Source of the DNA: an uncultured Oscillospiraceae bacterium
GTDB taxonomy: Bacteria; Bacillota; Clostridia; Oscillospirales; Oscillospiraceae
Assembly: GCA_904395865.1 (NCBI GenBank)
Contig: CAJFNY010000134.1
Coordinates: 3,639 to 67,638, forward strand
Direction of reading: 5' to 3'
DNA: 64,000 bases
Position 1 is the first letter of the stretch; the number at the start of each line of letters is the position of its first letter. Under the pieces are notes generated by a model that ran no database searches, was not told the origin of the DNA, and saw nothing but the letters and a program-made list of their open reading frames with translations. Shown here piece after piece: positions 27,674 to 37,383 of this stretch. Position numbers and translations under genes: made by a program.

Positions 27674-30327
27674 ACAACGTCGCCAATCGCCCATGTATTG
27701 CACGGCTGGCCCGCCGGAGCCTCCGGGCCAACCGCCTGCGCAACGCCGTGGCCATCCTGGCCATCGCGCTGACGACCATCCTCTTCACGGCGCTGTTCAC
27801 CGTGGTCATGTCCATGAACTACGCGTTCCAGCAGTCCAACTTCCGCCAGGTGGGCGGATACTCCCACGGCGGCTTCAAGTACCTGACCGAGGAGCAGTAC
27901 CTGGAGCTGCGGGACGACCCGCTGATCCGCCAGTACGGCGTCCGCCGGGTAGTTGGCATGGCCGACGGCCCGGCCTTCACCAAGGACCACGTGGAGGTCG
28001 GCTGGAGCGACGCCAACAACGCCCACTGGATGTGGCTGGACCCGGTGGAGGGCCACCTGCCCACGGCGGGCACCGACGAGGCCGCCACCGACCTCCACGT
28101 GCTGGAGCTCCTGGGCGTGGAGCCGGAGCTGGGGGCGAAGTTCACCGTGCCCATCGACGTGGACGGCCGGCAGGTGGAGGCGGAGTTCACCCTCTGCGGC
28201 TGGTGGGAGCGCGACCCGGCCGTCGTGGCCAGCCACATTCTGATCGCCGGGGACCGGGTGGACGCCCTGATCGACGCGTCCGGCGTGCCGCCCCAGGAGC
28301 GCAGCCAGATCACCGGCGCGTGGAACCTGGACGTGATGCTGGACTCGTCCCTGCACATCGCCGAAGACCTGGAGACGATCCTGGCCAGCCACGGCTACCA
28401 GAGCCAGGACTCCGCCCGGGAGAACTACATCTCCGTCGGCGTCAACTGGGGCTACACCGGCGCCCAGCTGGCCGACAGCTCCGACCCGCTGACGGTGCTG
28501 GCCATCACGGCCCTGGCTCTGGTGATGATGCTGACGGGGTATCTGATCATCTACAACGTGTTCCAGATCTCCGTCACCAACGACATCCGCTTCTACGGCC
28601 TGCTGAAAACCATCGGCACCACCGGCCGCCAGCTGCGGCGGATCATCCGCCGGCAGGCTCTGACCCTGTCCCTGATCGGCATCCCCGTGGGGTTGGTGCT
28701 GGGGTACGGCGTCGGTGCCTGGCTGACGCCGGCCGTCCTGTCCCGGCTGGACGGCGTGATTGCGGACGCCCGGTCGTCCAGCCCGTGGATCTTCGTGGGC
28801 GCTGCGCTGTTCTCCCTGGTGACGGTGCTGATCTCCTGCCGGAAGCCGGGGCGCATGGCCGCCCGCGTCTCGCCCATCGAGGCCGTGCGGTACACCGAGG
28901 GGGACGGCTCCCGCCGCAAGGCACGGGCCACCCGCGGCGTCAGCCTCCTGTCCATGGCCTGGGGTAACCTGGGCCGCAGCCGGAAAAAGACGGTCGTCAC
29001 GATCCTCTCCCTGTCCCTGGCGCTGGTGCTGCTGACGCTGACCGTTACGTTCGCCGTGGGTTTCGACATGGACAAGTACCTGGCCCGCATGGCTGCCGAC
29101 TACCAGGTGGCCGAGGCGTCGTACTTCCAGACGGCCAATACCGGGTTTTTCGAGGACCTGGCCCTCTCGGAGGTCGACATCGCAGCCCTGGAGGAGAACG
29201 GATTCGTGGCCGAAGGCGGCCGGACGTACGGCCTGACCATCTCCGCCTTGGAGTACGTCACCGAGGAATACTTCCGCGCCATGCGCAGCCAGTTCCCGTA
29301 CACGGCCGAAGAGCTCGACAACCTGGCAGCCTGGGCCAACCGGAACGAGGACGGGCTCCTGGAGGACCGGGCCCAGCTGTACGGCATGGAGCCCTACTGC
29401 CTGGACAAGCTGCAGGTGGTGGAGGGCGACCTGTCGCCCGTCTACGAGCCCGGCAGCCGCGCCATCGCCGCCGTGGTCAGCACCGACGACTACGGCAACG
29501 TCATCCCCGAATCCCAGTGGGCCCGGGTGGGTGACACGGTCACGCTGCGGTACGTGACGAAGTGGGAGCACTTCAACCCCGACACCGGCGAGGTCTACGG
29601 CGAGGACGCCGACCTCTCGGCGGTGCCGTACGATTCCCGCCCGCTGGAGTACCGGGACGAGGAATACACCGTGACGGCCCTGGTGACGATCCCCAGCGCC
29701 ATGAGCTACCGGTACTACGGCGCCGACGAGTTCATCCTCAACGCCGAAACCTTCTGCGCCGACACGGGCACCGAGACGGTCCTCTACTACGCCTGGGACG
29801 TGCAGGAGGGCATGGAGGACCAGGTGGACCAGTTCCTGCAGAACTACACCGAGAACGTCAATCCGGCCCTGGACTACGAGAGCAAGGCCACGTACGCCGC
29901 CGAATTTGAGAGCTTCCGCAGCATGTTCCTGCTGCTGGGCGGCGTCCTGTCGGCCATCGTGGGGCTGGTGGGCGTCCTGAACTTCTGCAACGCAGTGCTG
30001 ACGGGGATCATCACCCGCCGGCGGGAGTTCGCCATGCTCCAGTCCATCGGCATGACCGGCCGGCAGCTGCGCACCATGCTGGTGTGCGAGGGACTGTTCT
30101 ACGCGGTGATCTCCCTGGCGGCGTCGCTGGTGCTGTCGGCCCTGATGGGGCCGCTGCTGCGGCAGACGCTGGAGAGCCTGTTCTGGTTCTTCTCCTACCG
30201 GTTCACGGCGCTGCCCATCGCGGTGTGCGCGCCGATCCTGCTGGTGATCGCCGCTGTGGTTCCGGCCCTCTGCTACGGCCGCATCGCCCGGCACAGCATC
30301 GTGGAGCGGCTGCGGGAGGCCGAGTAG
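27670..30327 (+). CDS. FtsX/MacB-family ABC permease (two FtsX units)
   Basis: DIRFYGLLKTIG and RRREFAMLQSIGMT FtsX signatures, large extracellular domains. Confidence 0.9.
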   Translation: MNNVANRPCIARLARRSLRANRLRNAVAILAIALTTILFTALFTVVMSMNYAFQQSNFRQVGGYSHGGFKYLTEEQYLELRDDPLIRQYGVRRVVGMADGPAFTKDHVEVGWSDANNAHWMWLDPVEGHLPTAGTDEAATDLHVLELLGVEPELGAKFTVPIDVDGRQVEAEFTLCGWWERDPAVVASHILIAGDRVDALIDASGVPPQERSQITGAWNLDVMLDSSLHIAEDLETILASHGYQSQDSARENYISVGVNWGYTGAQLADSSDPLTVLAITALALVMMLTGYLIIYNVFQISVTNDIRFYGLLKTIGTTGRQLRRIIRRQALTLSLIGIPVGLVLGYGVGAWLTPAVLSRLDGVIADARSSSPWIFVGAALFSLVTVLISCRKPGRMAARVSPIEAVRYTEGDGSRRKARATRGVSLLSMAWGNLGRSRKKTVVTILSLSLALVLLTLTVTFAVGFDMDKYLARMAADYQVAEASYFQTANTGFFEDLALSEVDIAALEENGFVAEGGRTYGLTISALEYVTEEYFRAMRSQFPYTAEELDNLAAWANRNEDGLLEDRAQLYGMEPYCLDKLQVVEGDLSPVYEPGSRAIAAVVSTDDYGNVIPESQWARVGDTVTLRYVTKWEHFNPDTGEVYGEDADLSAVPYDSRPLEYRDEEYTVTALVTIPSAMSYRYYGADEFILNAETFCADTGTETVLYYAWDVQEGMEDQVDQFLQNYTENVNPALDYESKATYAAEFESFRSMFLLLGGVLSAIVGLVGVLNFCNAVLTGIITRRREFAMLQSIGMTGRQLRTMLVCEGLFYAVISLAASLVLSALMGPLLRQTLESLFWFFSYRFTALPIAVCAPILLVIAAVVPALCYGRIARHSIVERLREAE

Positions 30328-30385
30328 CCGCCTGTCCTAATCGCCCCCTCCGCCGCATACAATGGCGGCGAGAGGGGGCGGGGAG

Positions 30386-31750
30386 ATGGCGCAGGCGGTG
30401 GAGCGGCTGACGGCCCTGGTCTGGGGCGCGCCGCTGATGGGGCTGCTGCTGGCCGTGGGCCTGGTGTATACGGTCCGCCTGCGGGGCGTCCAGTTCCGGC
30501 GGCTGGGAGAGGGGCTCCGCAGCATCTTCCGGGAGGAGCCCGGCGCAGAAGGGACCGTCTCGCCCTTTGCATCATTGTGCACGGCCCTGGCCGCCACCAT
30601 CGGCACCGGCAACATCGTCGGCGTGGCCGCCGCCCTCGTCACCGGCGGGCCGGGGGCGCTGTTCTGGATGGTGCTGGCGGCCCTGCTGGGCATGGCTACC
30701 CAGTACGCCGAGGGCTGCCTGGCCGTCCGGCACCGGACGCGGGGCGCCGACGGCGTCCTGCGCGGCGGACCCTTTGCCTACATGGCCGGCGGCCTGGGCT
30801 GGCGGTGGCCGGCCCGGGTGTACGCCGCCTGCGCCGTGTTCGCCGGCGTGTTCGGCATCGGCACCTTCGCCCAGGCCGGCAGCGTCGCCGCGGCGGTGGA
30901 GGGCTTCTTCTGCCCGGACTTCGACGGCCGCAGCGGCCTCTTCCTGTTCGGCGCGTACCGGTCCCCGGCGGCCGTGGCCGCCGGGCTGGTGCTGACGGTG
31001 GCGGCCGCCGCCGTCCTGCTGGGCGGCGCGGGGCGCATCGCCCGGGCGGCGGAGGCCGTCGTCCCGTTCATGGCTGTGGGGTACGTGGCCGTGAACCTGC
31101 TGCTGGTTCTGTGGAACCTCCCGGCCGTCCCGGCGGCGGTGGGGGAGATCGTCCGCGGCGCCTTCGACCCGGCGGCCGTCACCGGCGGCGCCGTGGGCTC
31201 GGCCATCGTGGCGGCCCGGCAGGGGATCGCCCGCGGCATCTTCACCAACGAGGCCGGCATGGGCACGGCGGCTATTGCCGCCGCCTCGGCCCGCACGACC
31301 TCGCCGGAGCGGCAGGGGCTGGTGGCCATGACGGGCACGTTCGTGGACACGGTCGTCCTCTGTACGCTGACGGGGCTCTCCGTCGTCCTCACCGGCGCCT
31401 GGCGGATCGGGGAGACCGGTGCCGCCGTCACGGCCCTGGCCTTCGTTCGGGGGCTGCCGCTGCCGCCGTCCCTGTCGCGGTTTCTGCTGATGGTCAGCCT
31501 CGTGCTGTTCGCCTTCGCCACGATTCTCGGCTGGCATTTTTACACCCAGTCGTGCCTGGCGTACCTGACCGGCGGCAGCCGGCGGGCCGCTGTCGTCTGC
31601 AGCGGGGTGTGCATCGCGGCGGTGCTGGCGGCGCCGTACGTGTCGGCAGAGCTGATCTGGGCGCTGGCGGACGTGTCCAACGGCCTGATGGCCCTCCCGA
31701 ATCTCCTGGCCCTGCTGGCTCTGGCGCCGACGGTCCGTTCGCCGGATTGA
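30386..31750 (+). CDS. Alanine/glycine:cation symporter (AlsT family)
   Basis: ATIGTGNIVGVA, GGPGALFWM, FTNEAGMG, MALPNL. Confidence 0.92.
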   Translation: MAQAVERLTALVWGAPLMGLLLAVGLVYTVRLRGVQFRRLGEGLRSIFREEPGAEGTVSPFASLCTALAATIGTGNIVGVAAALVTGGPGALFWMVLAALLGMATQYAEGCLAVRHRTRGADGVLRGGPFAYMAGGLGWRWPARVYAACAVFAGVFGIGTFAQAGSVAAAVEGFFCPDFDGRSGLFLFGAYRSPAAVAAGLVLTVAAAAVLLGGAGRIARAAEAVVPFMAVGYVAVNLLLVLWNLPAVPAAVGEIVRGAFDPAAVTGGAVGSAIVAARQGIARGIFTNEAGMGTAAIAAASARTTSPERQGLVAMTGTFVDTVVLCTLTGLSVVLTGAWRIGETGAAVTALAFVRGLPLPPSLSRFLLMVSLVLFAFATILGWHFYTQSCLAYLTGGSRRAAVVCSGVCIAAVLAAPYVSAELIWALADVSNGLMALPNLLALLALAPTVRSPD

Positions 31751-31795
31751 AAAAGGCCGCCGCGGCATGCTTCTGCATGCCGCGGCGGCCTTTTT
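31751..31795. terminator. Bidirectional terminator
   Basis: AAAAGGCCGCCGCGGCATGC/GCATGCCGCGGCGGCCTTTT between convergent genes. Confidence 0.85.
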
Positions 31796-31797
31796 AG

Positions 31798-32565
31798 TTA
31801 TGCCTCCGGATAGAGGCAGCGGAGCTGCTGCTGCCGGAAGAGCTGCAGCCAGCTCTGACTGGGCTCCCGGTTGGTGACGACACAGTCGAAGTCGGTCAGC
31901 CCGGCGATCTTGATGAAGGAGATCTTGTCGAACTTGGAGGCGTCCACCGCCAGGAACGTCTGGGTGGCGGCGGCCATCATGGCCTGCTTCGTGGAGGCGT
32001 GGTCCTCGCTGGAGTCGGTGACACCGCCGGCGGGGTCGATGCCCTTGCACGACATGATGGCCTTGTCCACGTGATAGTTTCGGATCATCTGGTGACACTG
32101 GGAGCCGATCAGCGCCATGGTGTCCGTCTTGAGCCTGCCGCCGGTGGAGAGCACGTTCCAGCCCTTCACGTCGCTCAGCTCCAGGACGATCTCCACGGAG
32201 TTGGTGATGACGGTCAGATCCTTCTTTTCCTTCAGCTGCTTGGCGATGTAGAGGGAGGTGGAGCTGTCGTCGAGCATGATGTGGTCGCCGTCGACGATGC
32301 TGGCACAGATCAGCTGGGCGATGGCCCGCTTGGCCTCCACGTTCGTCTTGTTGCGGATGGTGTAGGAGAGATCCGTCTTGGTGCTGTTGCCCCAGATGGC
32401 GCCGCCGTACGTCTTGGTGGCGTAGCCCTCCTTTTCCAGCTTGTCCAGGTCGCGGCGGATGGTCTCCTCCGTGACGCCGTAGTGGGCGGCCAGCTCGCTG
32501 ACCAGGACCCGCTGCTCCAGGCGCAGCTTGTTGAGAATTTCATTTTTCCGTTCGATTGCCAGCAT
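31798..32565 (-). CDS. DeoR/GlpR family transcriptional regulator
   Basis: VTEETIRRDL HTH, TYGGA, LDDSSTS, VITNS, DASKF. Confidence 0.93.
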   Translation of the reverse strand: MLAIERKNEILNKLRLEQRVLVSELAAHYGVTEETIRRDLDKLEKEGYATKTYGGAIWGNSTKTDLSYTIRNKTNVEAKRAIAQLICASIVDGDHIMLDDSSTSLYIAKQLKEKKDLTVITNSVEIVLELSDVKGWNVLSTGGRLKTDTMALIGSQCHQMIRNYHVDKAIMSCKGIDPAGGVTDSSEDHASTKQAMMAAATQTFLAVDASKFDKISFIKIAGLTDFDCVVTNREPSQSWLQLFRQQQLRCLYPEA

Positions 32566-32674
32566 GGGTGCACATCCTCTGCATAGTCGCCGCCAAGCGG
32601 TTGCATGTCTGAAATCTCCGCACCAGCCGCCGGAACATCCACGTGTCCCGGCGGCTGACGCGAATTGTAACAAT

Positions 32675-32703
32675 ATTATAGCAACCTCTTGTGGGAAAAG
32701 CAA
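32675..32703 (-). promoter_or_regulatory. SigA-type promoter of the DeoR gene
   Basis: TTGCTT-17-TATAAT with extended TG. Confidence 0.7.
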
Positions 32704-32749
32704 GAAAAAGATGTTGGATTCTATGGTTTCTCGTTGGGTTTTCCGGCGC

Positions 32750-35700
32750 TCACTCGATGGACTTCAGGGATTCGGCCATGTTGATCCTCTGCAGCTTCCG
32801 GTACATCACCAGGTTGACCACTGCCGCAAAGACGAACGTCAGTGCGAAGGCCAGGCCGTAGCTCAGCGGCGCCACCCGGACTTCGAAGTGCATCATGTCG
32901 ATGCGGATCTGGGCCATGACGTACGCGTGGAGCAGCTTGCCCAGGACGATGCCCACCGCGGCGCCCATGCCCGTGAGCACCACGTTCTCCCGGAACACGT
33001 ACGCCGCCGTCTCGCCCGGATAGAAGCCCAGCACCTTGATGGTGGCGATCTCCCGGATGCGCTCGGTGATGTTGATGTTCGTCAGGTTGTAGAGGACGAT
33101 GAAGGCCAGGCTGCCGGCGCAGAGGATCACCAGCAGGACGACGTAGTCCAGGCTGCCGAGCATGGAGCCGATCCGGTCGCGCATGTCGGCGTTGACGGAG
33201 ACGGACGCCACGTCCGACCGGCGCAGCAGCTCCGCCGCCGCCGCGTGGGGATCCAGCCCCTCCGCGTCCCGGACGAAGGCCGATTTGATCTCCGGCGCCG
33301 CGCCGATCTGGGCCTCGTACGTCTCCGGCGTCAGGAACAGATAGTAGTAGATGTAGTTCTCAAAGATGCCGGAGACCGTTAGCTCCATCTGGTTCATGTC
33401 GCCGTCCCGGACGGTGATGGCGTCTCCCACCGAGACGCCCAGCGCCTCCGCCAGGCCGTTGGTGATCAGCGCCTCGCCGTCGCCGGGGTAGGGGATGGTC
33501 TCACCGTCCAGGTGGAAGTCCCAGACGGCCGTGACGTCGCTTTCGGCGGCTACCAGGTTGACCGACTTCGTCACAGCACCGGCGCTGACGTCCACAGTGC
33601 CGCCGTGGTAGAACACCGCGTCGGCCACCGTGCCGGCGCAGTCTGTCCGGAAGGCGTCCTGCGCCTGTCCGTCCAGGGGATCCTGGAAGGTGATGGTGCT
33701 GTCGTACAGCGCGATCTCGTCGAACTGGAAGTCGACGATGTTGGAGATGGAGTCCCGGATGCCGAAGCCCGTCAGCAGCAGCGCCGTGCAGCCGCCGATG
33801 CCCAGCACCATCATGAACAGGCGTTTCTTGTACCGGAAGATGTTCCGGGCCGAGACCTTGTGCAGGAACGACAGCCGCTTCCAGAGGAACGTCAGCCGCT
33901 CCAGCAGGATCCGCTTGCCCACCTTCGGCGCCTTGGGCCGGATCAGCTCCGCCGCTACCTCCCGCAGGGAGCTCCGGCAGACGAGCCACGTGGAGCCCAG
34001 GGCACAGAGCAGGTAGAGCCCGATGGAGAAGGCCGCCAGCTGCCAGTCCAGCACGAAGCGGATGGGGTAGGAGAAGCTGTACATGATGCCGTACACCACC
34101 CAGAACACCTTCGGGAACAGCCAGCTGCCGCCCAGGTAGCCCAGGACGCAGCCCAGCAGCGATGCGCTGCCGGCGTACAGCAGGTACTTGCCCATGATGG
34201 CTCCGCCGGAGTAGCCCAGGGCCTTGAGGACGCCCAGCTTCGTCCGGTCATCCTCCACCATGCGCGTCATGGTGGTGATGCAGACGAGGGCCGCCACCAG
34301 GAAGAAGAACAGAGGGAACACGCGCGCCACGCTGGCGACGATGTTCGTGTCGTTTTCGAAACAGACGTAGCCGACGTTCGTGTCCCGGCCCAGGACGTAC
34401 GTGTCCGCCGGCTCCAGATCGGCCAGCTCCGCCTCGCCGTCGTTGAGTTCCTGCTCCGCGTCGGTGATCTCCCGGGCGGCGTCGGCCAGCTCCTGCTCCG
34501 CCTCGGCCTCGCCGTCGGCGTACTCCACAAGCCCCTCGGCGTAGTCGGCCTCGCCGTCGTTGAGCTCCTGCTCCGCGTCGTACAGCTCCTGCCGGCCGCT
34601 GGCGGACTCCACATCCAGCTCCCGGCGGCCGTCCGCCAGCTGCTGCCGGGCATCCTCCAGATCCAGAAGGCCGTCGTTGTACTCGGCCCAGCCGTCGTCC
34701 AGCTCCTGGCGGGCGTCGGCCAGCTCGGCCCAGCCGTCGTCCAGCTGCTGCCGCGCGTCCTCCAGCTCCACGCGGCCGCTCTCCAGCTCGGCCCAGCCGT
34801 CGGAGAGCTGCGTCTGGGAGTCCAGCAGCTGCGCCTTGGCGTCGTCCAGCTCGGCCTTGGCCTCCTCCAGCTGCTCCCGGGCTGCCGCCAGCTCCGCCCG
34901 CGCCTCGCTGAGCTGCGCGGAGGCGCTGTCCATCTGGGCCGAGCCGGCTTCCATCGCGTCGACGGCAACGAGAAGGGCGTCTGCATCGGAAGGTGCGCCG
35001 GGTATCTGACCAGCTAACATAGATAGTATTTCATTAGTAACTGCTGTAATCGGTTCCGCCTCAGACCGCAGCGCCGACAACAGTTCGTCCTGCGTTGTGA
35101 TTCCATAGCGTTGGAGGCCAGTAACCAAAGAGTCAAGCAGCTGATCCATCTGCGCCTGCTGCGCCTGGAACTCCGCCATCCCCTGGCTGTACTGATTCCG
35201 CCCGCTGTTGTAGGCGGCCAGGCCGGCCTCGTACTCGGCCAGGCCCTCCTCGTAGGCGGCCAGGCCCTCCTCATACTGCTCCACGCCCTGCTCGTAGCGG
35301 ACCTTGCCGTCCTCGTACTCAGCCAGGCCGTCCTGGTACGTCTGCAGGCCGTCCTGGTAGTCGGCTTCGCCGTCCTGCAGCTCCTGCTGCCCGTCCAGAT
35401 AATCGGCCTCGCCGTCCTGCAGCTCCTGCAGCGCGTCGGCCAGCTCCTGTTCACCGTCGGCGATCTCCTGCTCGGCATCGGCCAGCTCCTGCTGGGCGTC
35501 GGCGATCTCAGCGTAGTAGGTGTTCCAGCCGTCCTCCAGCTCGACCCAGCCGTCGTCCAGCTCCCGGCGCGCGTCCTCCAGCTCCTGCCGGGCATCGGCC
35601 AACTCCTGCTCCGCCTCGGCCTCGCCGTCGGCGTATTCCCGACGGGCGTCGGCCAGCTCGGCCCAGCCGTCATCCAGCTCCTGGCGCCCCTCGGCGTAAA

Positions 35701-36445
35701 GCTCGTCGAAGCGCACTTCGGCCCGCTCCGCCAGCAGAGCCTCCACTGCCGGCTCCAGGGCGTCGGCCAGGGCCGTGTATTCGTCGGAGTACAGATCGGC
35801 CGTCTCCGCCATGGTCACGTACAGCTCCGTGTAGTAGTCGGCCGTGAAGGCCTCCGGCAGCAGGTAGACGAAGCAGCTGACCGTGCCGTTTCCCAGGCTG
35901 GTGCTGCCGCGCTCATAGTTGATGTGAAGCGGGGAGTTGGCAAGCCCCACGATGGTGAAGGTGTCGGCCTCGAACTGATCCAGCGTATCCGCGTCGTTGT
36001 CGGCGGAGAGGGTCAGCGTGCCGCCCAGGTCGTCCGCGGAGAAGTAGTCGGCGTCCACGAGGCACTCGTCCGGCGCCTCCGGCATCCGGCCGGCCACCAC
36101 GTCCGGCAGATTGACCCGGCTCGTCAGCGAGTGGAACACGGCGACGCTGTCGGACCCGTCCTCCCCGATGAACAGCGCATCCTGAAACACGGCGCCCTCG
36201 GCCGCCGCCACGCCGTCCAGGCCCGCAAAGGCGGCCACATCGTCGTCCGTAAAGCCCAGCGTCGACATGAGGCGGAAGTCGAAGAACCGCAGATCCTCCA
36301 GATACTGCTGCCCGGTGGCCAGCATGGCCGTCCGCGAGACGCGCAGGCCGGCGAACAGGCCGACGCCCAGGGCAATGATGGCGGCGATGGCCGCGAATTT
36401 TCCGATGGTCGTGCGGATATCCCGCAGGCAGAGCTTCGTCAGCAT
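32750..36445 (-). CDS. FtsX-like ABC permease with a long extracellular coiled coil
   Basis: FPLFFFLVAALVCITTMTRMVE, ERIREIATIKVLG; roughly 400-aa heptad region (ELADARQEL/DDGWAEL repeats). Confidence 0.9.
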   Translation of the reverse strand: MLTKLCLRDIRTTIGKFAAIAAIIALGVGLFAGLRVSRTAMLATGQQYLEDLRFFDFRLMSTLGFTDDDVAAFAGLDGVAAAEGAVFQDALFIGEDGSDSVAVFHSLTSRVNLPDVVAGRMPEAPDECLVDADYFSADDLGGTLTLSADNDADTLDQFEADTFTIVGLANSPLHINYERGSTSLGNGTVSCFVYLLPEAFTADYYTELYVTMAETADLYSDEYTALADALEPAVEALLAERAEVRFDELYAEGRQELDDGWAELADARREYADGEAEAEQELADARQELEDARRELDDGWVELEDGWNTYYAEIADAQQELADAEQEIADGEQELADALQELQDGEADYLDGQQELQDGEADYQDGLQTYQDGLAEYEDGKVRYEQGVEQYEEGLAAYEEGLAEYEAGLAAYNSGRNQYSQGMAEFQAQQAQMDQLLDSLVTGLQRYGITTQDELLSALRSEAEPITAVTNEILSMLAGQIPGAPSDADALLVAVDAMEAGSAQMDSASAQLSEARAELAAAREQLEEAKAELDDAKAQLLDSQTQLSDGWAELESGRVELEDARQQLDDGWAELADARQELDDGWAEYNDGLLDLEDARQQLADGRRELDVESASGRQELYDAEQELNDGEADYAEGLVEYADGEAEAEQELADAAREITDAEQELNDGEAELADLEPADTYVLGRDTNVGYVCFENDTNIVASVARVFPLFFFLVAALVCITTMTRMVEDDRTKLGVLKALGYSGGAIMGKYLLYAGSASLLGCVLGYLGGSWLFPKVFWVVYGIMYSFSYPIRFVLDWQLAAFSIGLYLLCALGSTWLVCRSSLREVAAELIRPKAPKVGKRILLERLTFLWKRLSFLHKVSARNIFRYKKRLFMMVLGIGGCTALLLTGFGIRDSISNIVDFQFDEIALYDSTITFQDPLDGQAQDAFRTDCAGTVADAVFYHGGTVDVSAGAVTKSVNLVAAESDVTAVWDFHLDGETIPYPGDGEALITNGLAEALGVSVGDAITVRDGDMNQMELTVSGIFENYIYYYLFLTPETYEAQIGAAPEIKSAFVRDAEGLDPHAAAAELLRRSDVASVSVNADMRDRIGSMLGSLDYVVLLVILCAGSLAFIVLYNLTNINITERIREIATIKVLGFYPGETAAYVFRENVVLTGMGAAVGIVLGKLLHAYVMAQIRIDMMHFEVRVAPLSYGLAFALTFVFAAVVNLVMYRKLQRINMAESLKSIE

Positions 36446-36449
36446 GGGA

Positions 36450-37154
36450 TCACCAGTCGATGTCCTCCACCGGCGTCACGTGCTCGTTGCGCCGGACGGA
36501 GGAGATGGTTCCGCTCTTGATGGAGATCACCCGGTCAGCCATGCCGGTCAGGGCCTTGTTGTGGGTGATGATGACGATGGTCATGCCGGAGCGGCGACAC
36601 GTGTCCTGCAGCAGCTTCAGCACGGCCTTGCCCGTGGCATAGTCCAGGGCGCCGGTGGGCTCGTCGCAGAGCAGCAGCTTCGGATTCTTGGCCAGCGCCC
36701 GGGCAATGGCCACCCGCTGCTGCTCGCCGCCGGACAGCTGGGCAGGGAAGTTGGACGCCCGCTCCGCCAGCCCGACCTGGGCCAGCACCTCCGCCGGATC
36801 CAGCGGGTTGCGGCTGATCTGGGAGGCCAGCTCCACGTTCTCCAGCGCCGTCAGGTTGGGAATCAGATTGTAAAACTGAAAGACGAAGCCGATGTCGTAC
36901 CGCCGGTACGTGGTCAGCTGCCGCTGATTGTAGGCGGAGATCTCCTGACCGTCCAGAAGAATCCGGCCGGAGGTCAGCGTGTCCATGCCGCCGAGTATGT
37001 TCAGCAGCGTCGTCTTGCCGGCGCCCGAGGCGCCGACGATGACACAGATTTCCCCCTTGTCGACCGTGAAGCTGACGTCATGCAGCGCCCGGGTCTCCAC
37101 GTCTCCGGAGCAGTAGATCTTCGAGACGTGTTCGGCGGTAATGTAGTGTTCCAT
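36450..37154 (-). CDS. ABC transporter ATPase
   Basis: [26 protein letters not shown]; GAGGGAG RBS. Confidence 0.95.
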   Translation of the reverse strand: MEHYITAEHVSKIYCSGDVETRALHDVSFTVDKGEICVIVGASGAGKTTLLNILGGMDTLTSGRILLDGQEISAYNQRQLTTYRRYDIGFVFQFYNLIPNLTALENVELASQISRNPLDPAEVLAQVGLAERASNFPAQLSGGEQQRVAIARALAKNPKLLLCDEPTGALDYATGKAVLKLLQDTCRRSGMTIVIITHNKALTGMADRVISIKSGTISSVRRNEHVTPVEDIDW

Positions 37155-37193
37155 GGTGCTCCCTCGCTGTTCGATTATGTCAACATCTAATTC

Positions 37194-37223
37194 AGTATAG
37201 CAACTGGAACAGCCGGGTGTCAA
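37194..37223 (-). promoter_or_regulatory. SigA-type promoter of the ABC operon
   Basis: TTGACA-18-TATACT with extended TG. Confidence 0.65.
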
Positions 37224-37303
37224 TGAACGGTTTCCGGAATTTTGTTCACCGGCCCGGTCCGGGTACGGTGGCGAAAAAAGTTGGAGGAGGTCGGAAAAAG
37301 CAG

Positions 37304-37332
37304 TTGCTTTTCTGCCGCGGGTCTGATAACAT
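37304..37332 (+). promoter_or_regulatory. SigA-type promoter of the MBOAT operon
   Basis: TTGCTT-17-TAACAT with extended TG. Confidence 0.55.
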
Positions 37333-37383
37333 AAAAGGCAGCAACGCCAATTAGATTATGTAAATCTATGGGAGAAAGAGAAC

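Noticed and set aside
25049-30327. Genomic island integrated at tRNA-Thr
   Set aside because: No integrase, no duplicated tRNA 3' end seen, host-like codon usage, and the cassette lies on the 5' side of the tRNA.
34430-35700. Repetitive DNA resembling an array or a diversity-generating retroelement target
   Set aside because: The repeats are in-frame coiled-coil heptads. There is no repeat-spacer periodicity, no reverse transcriptase and no template copy of the low-GC patch in the window.
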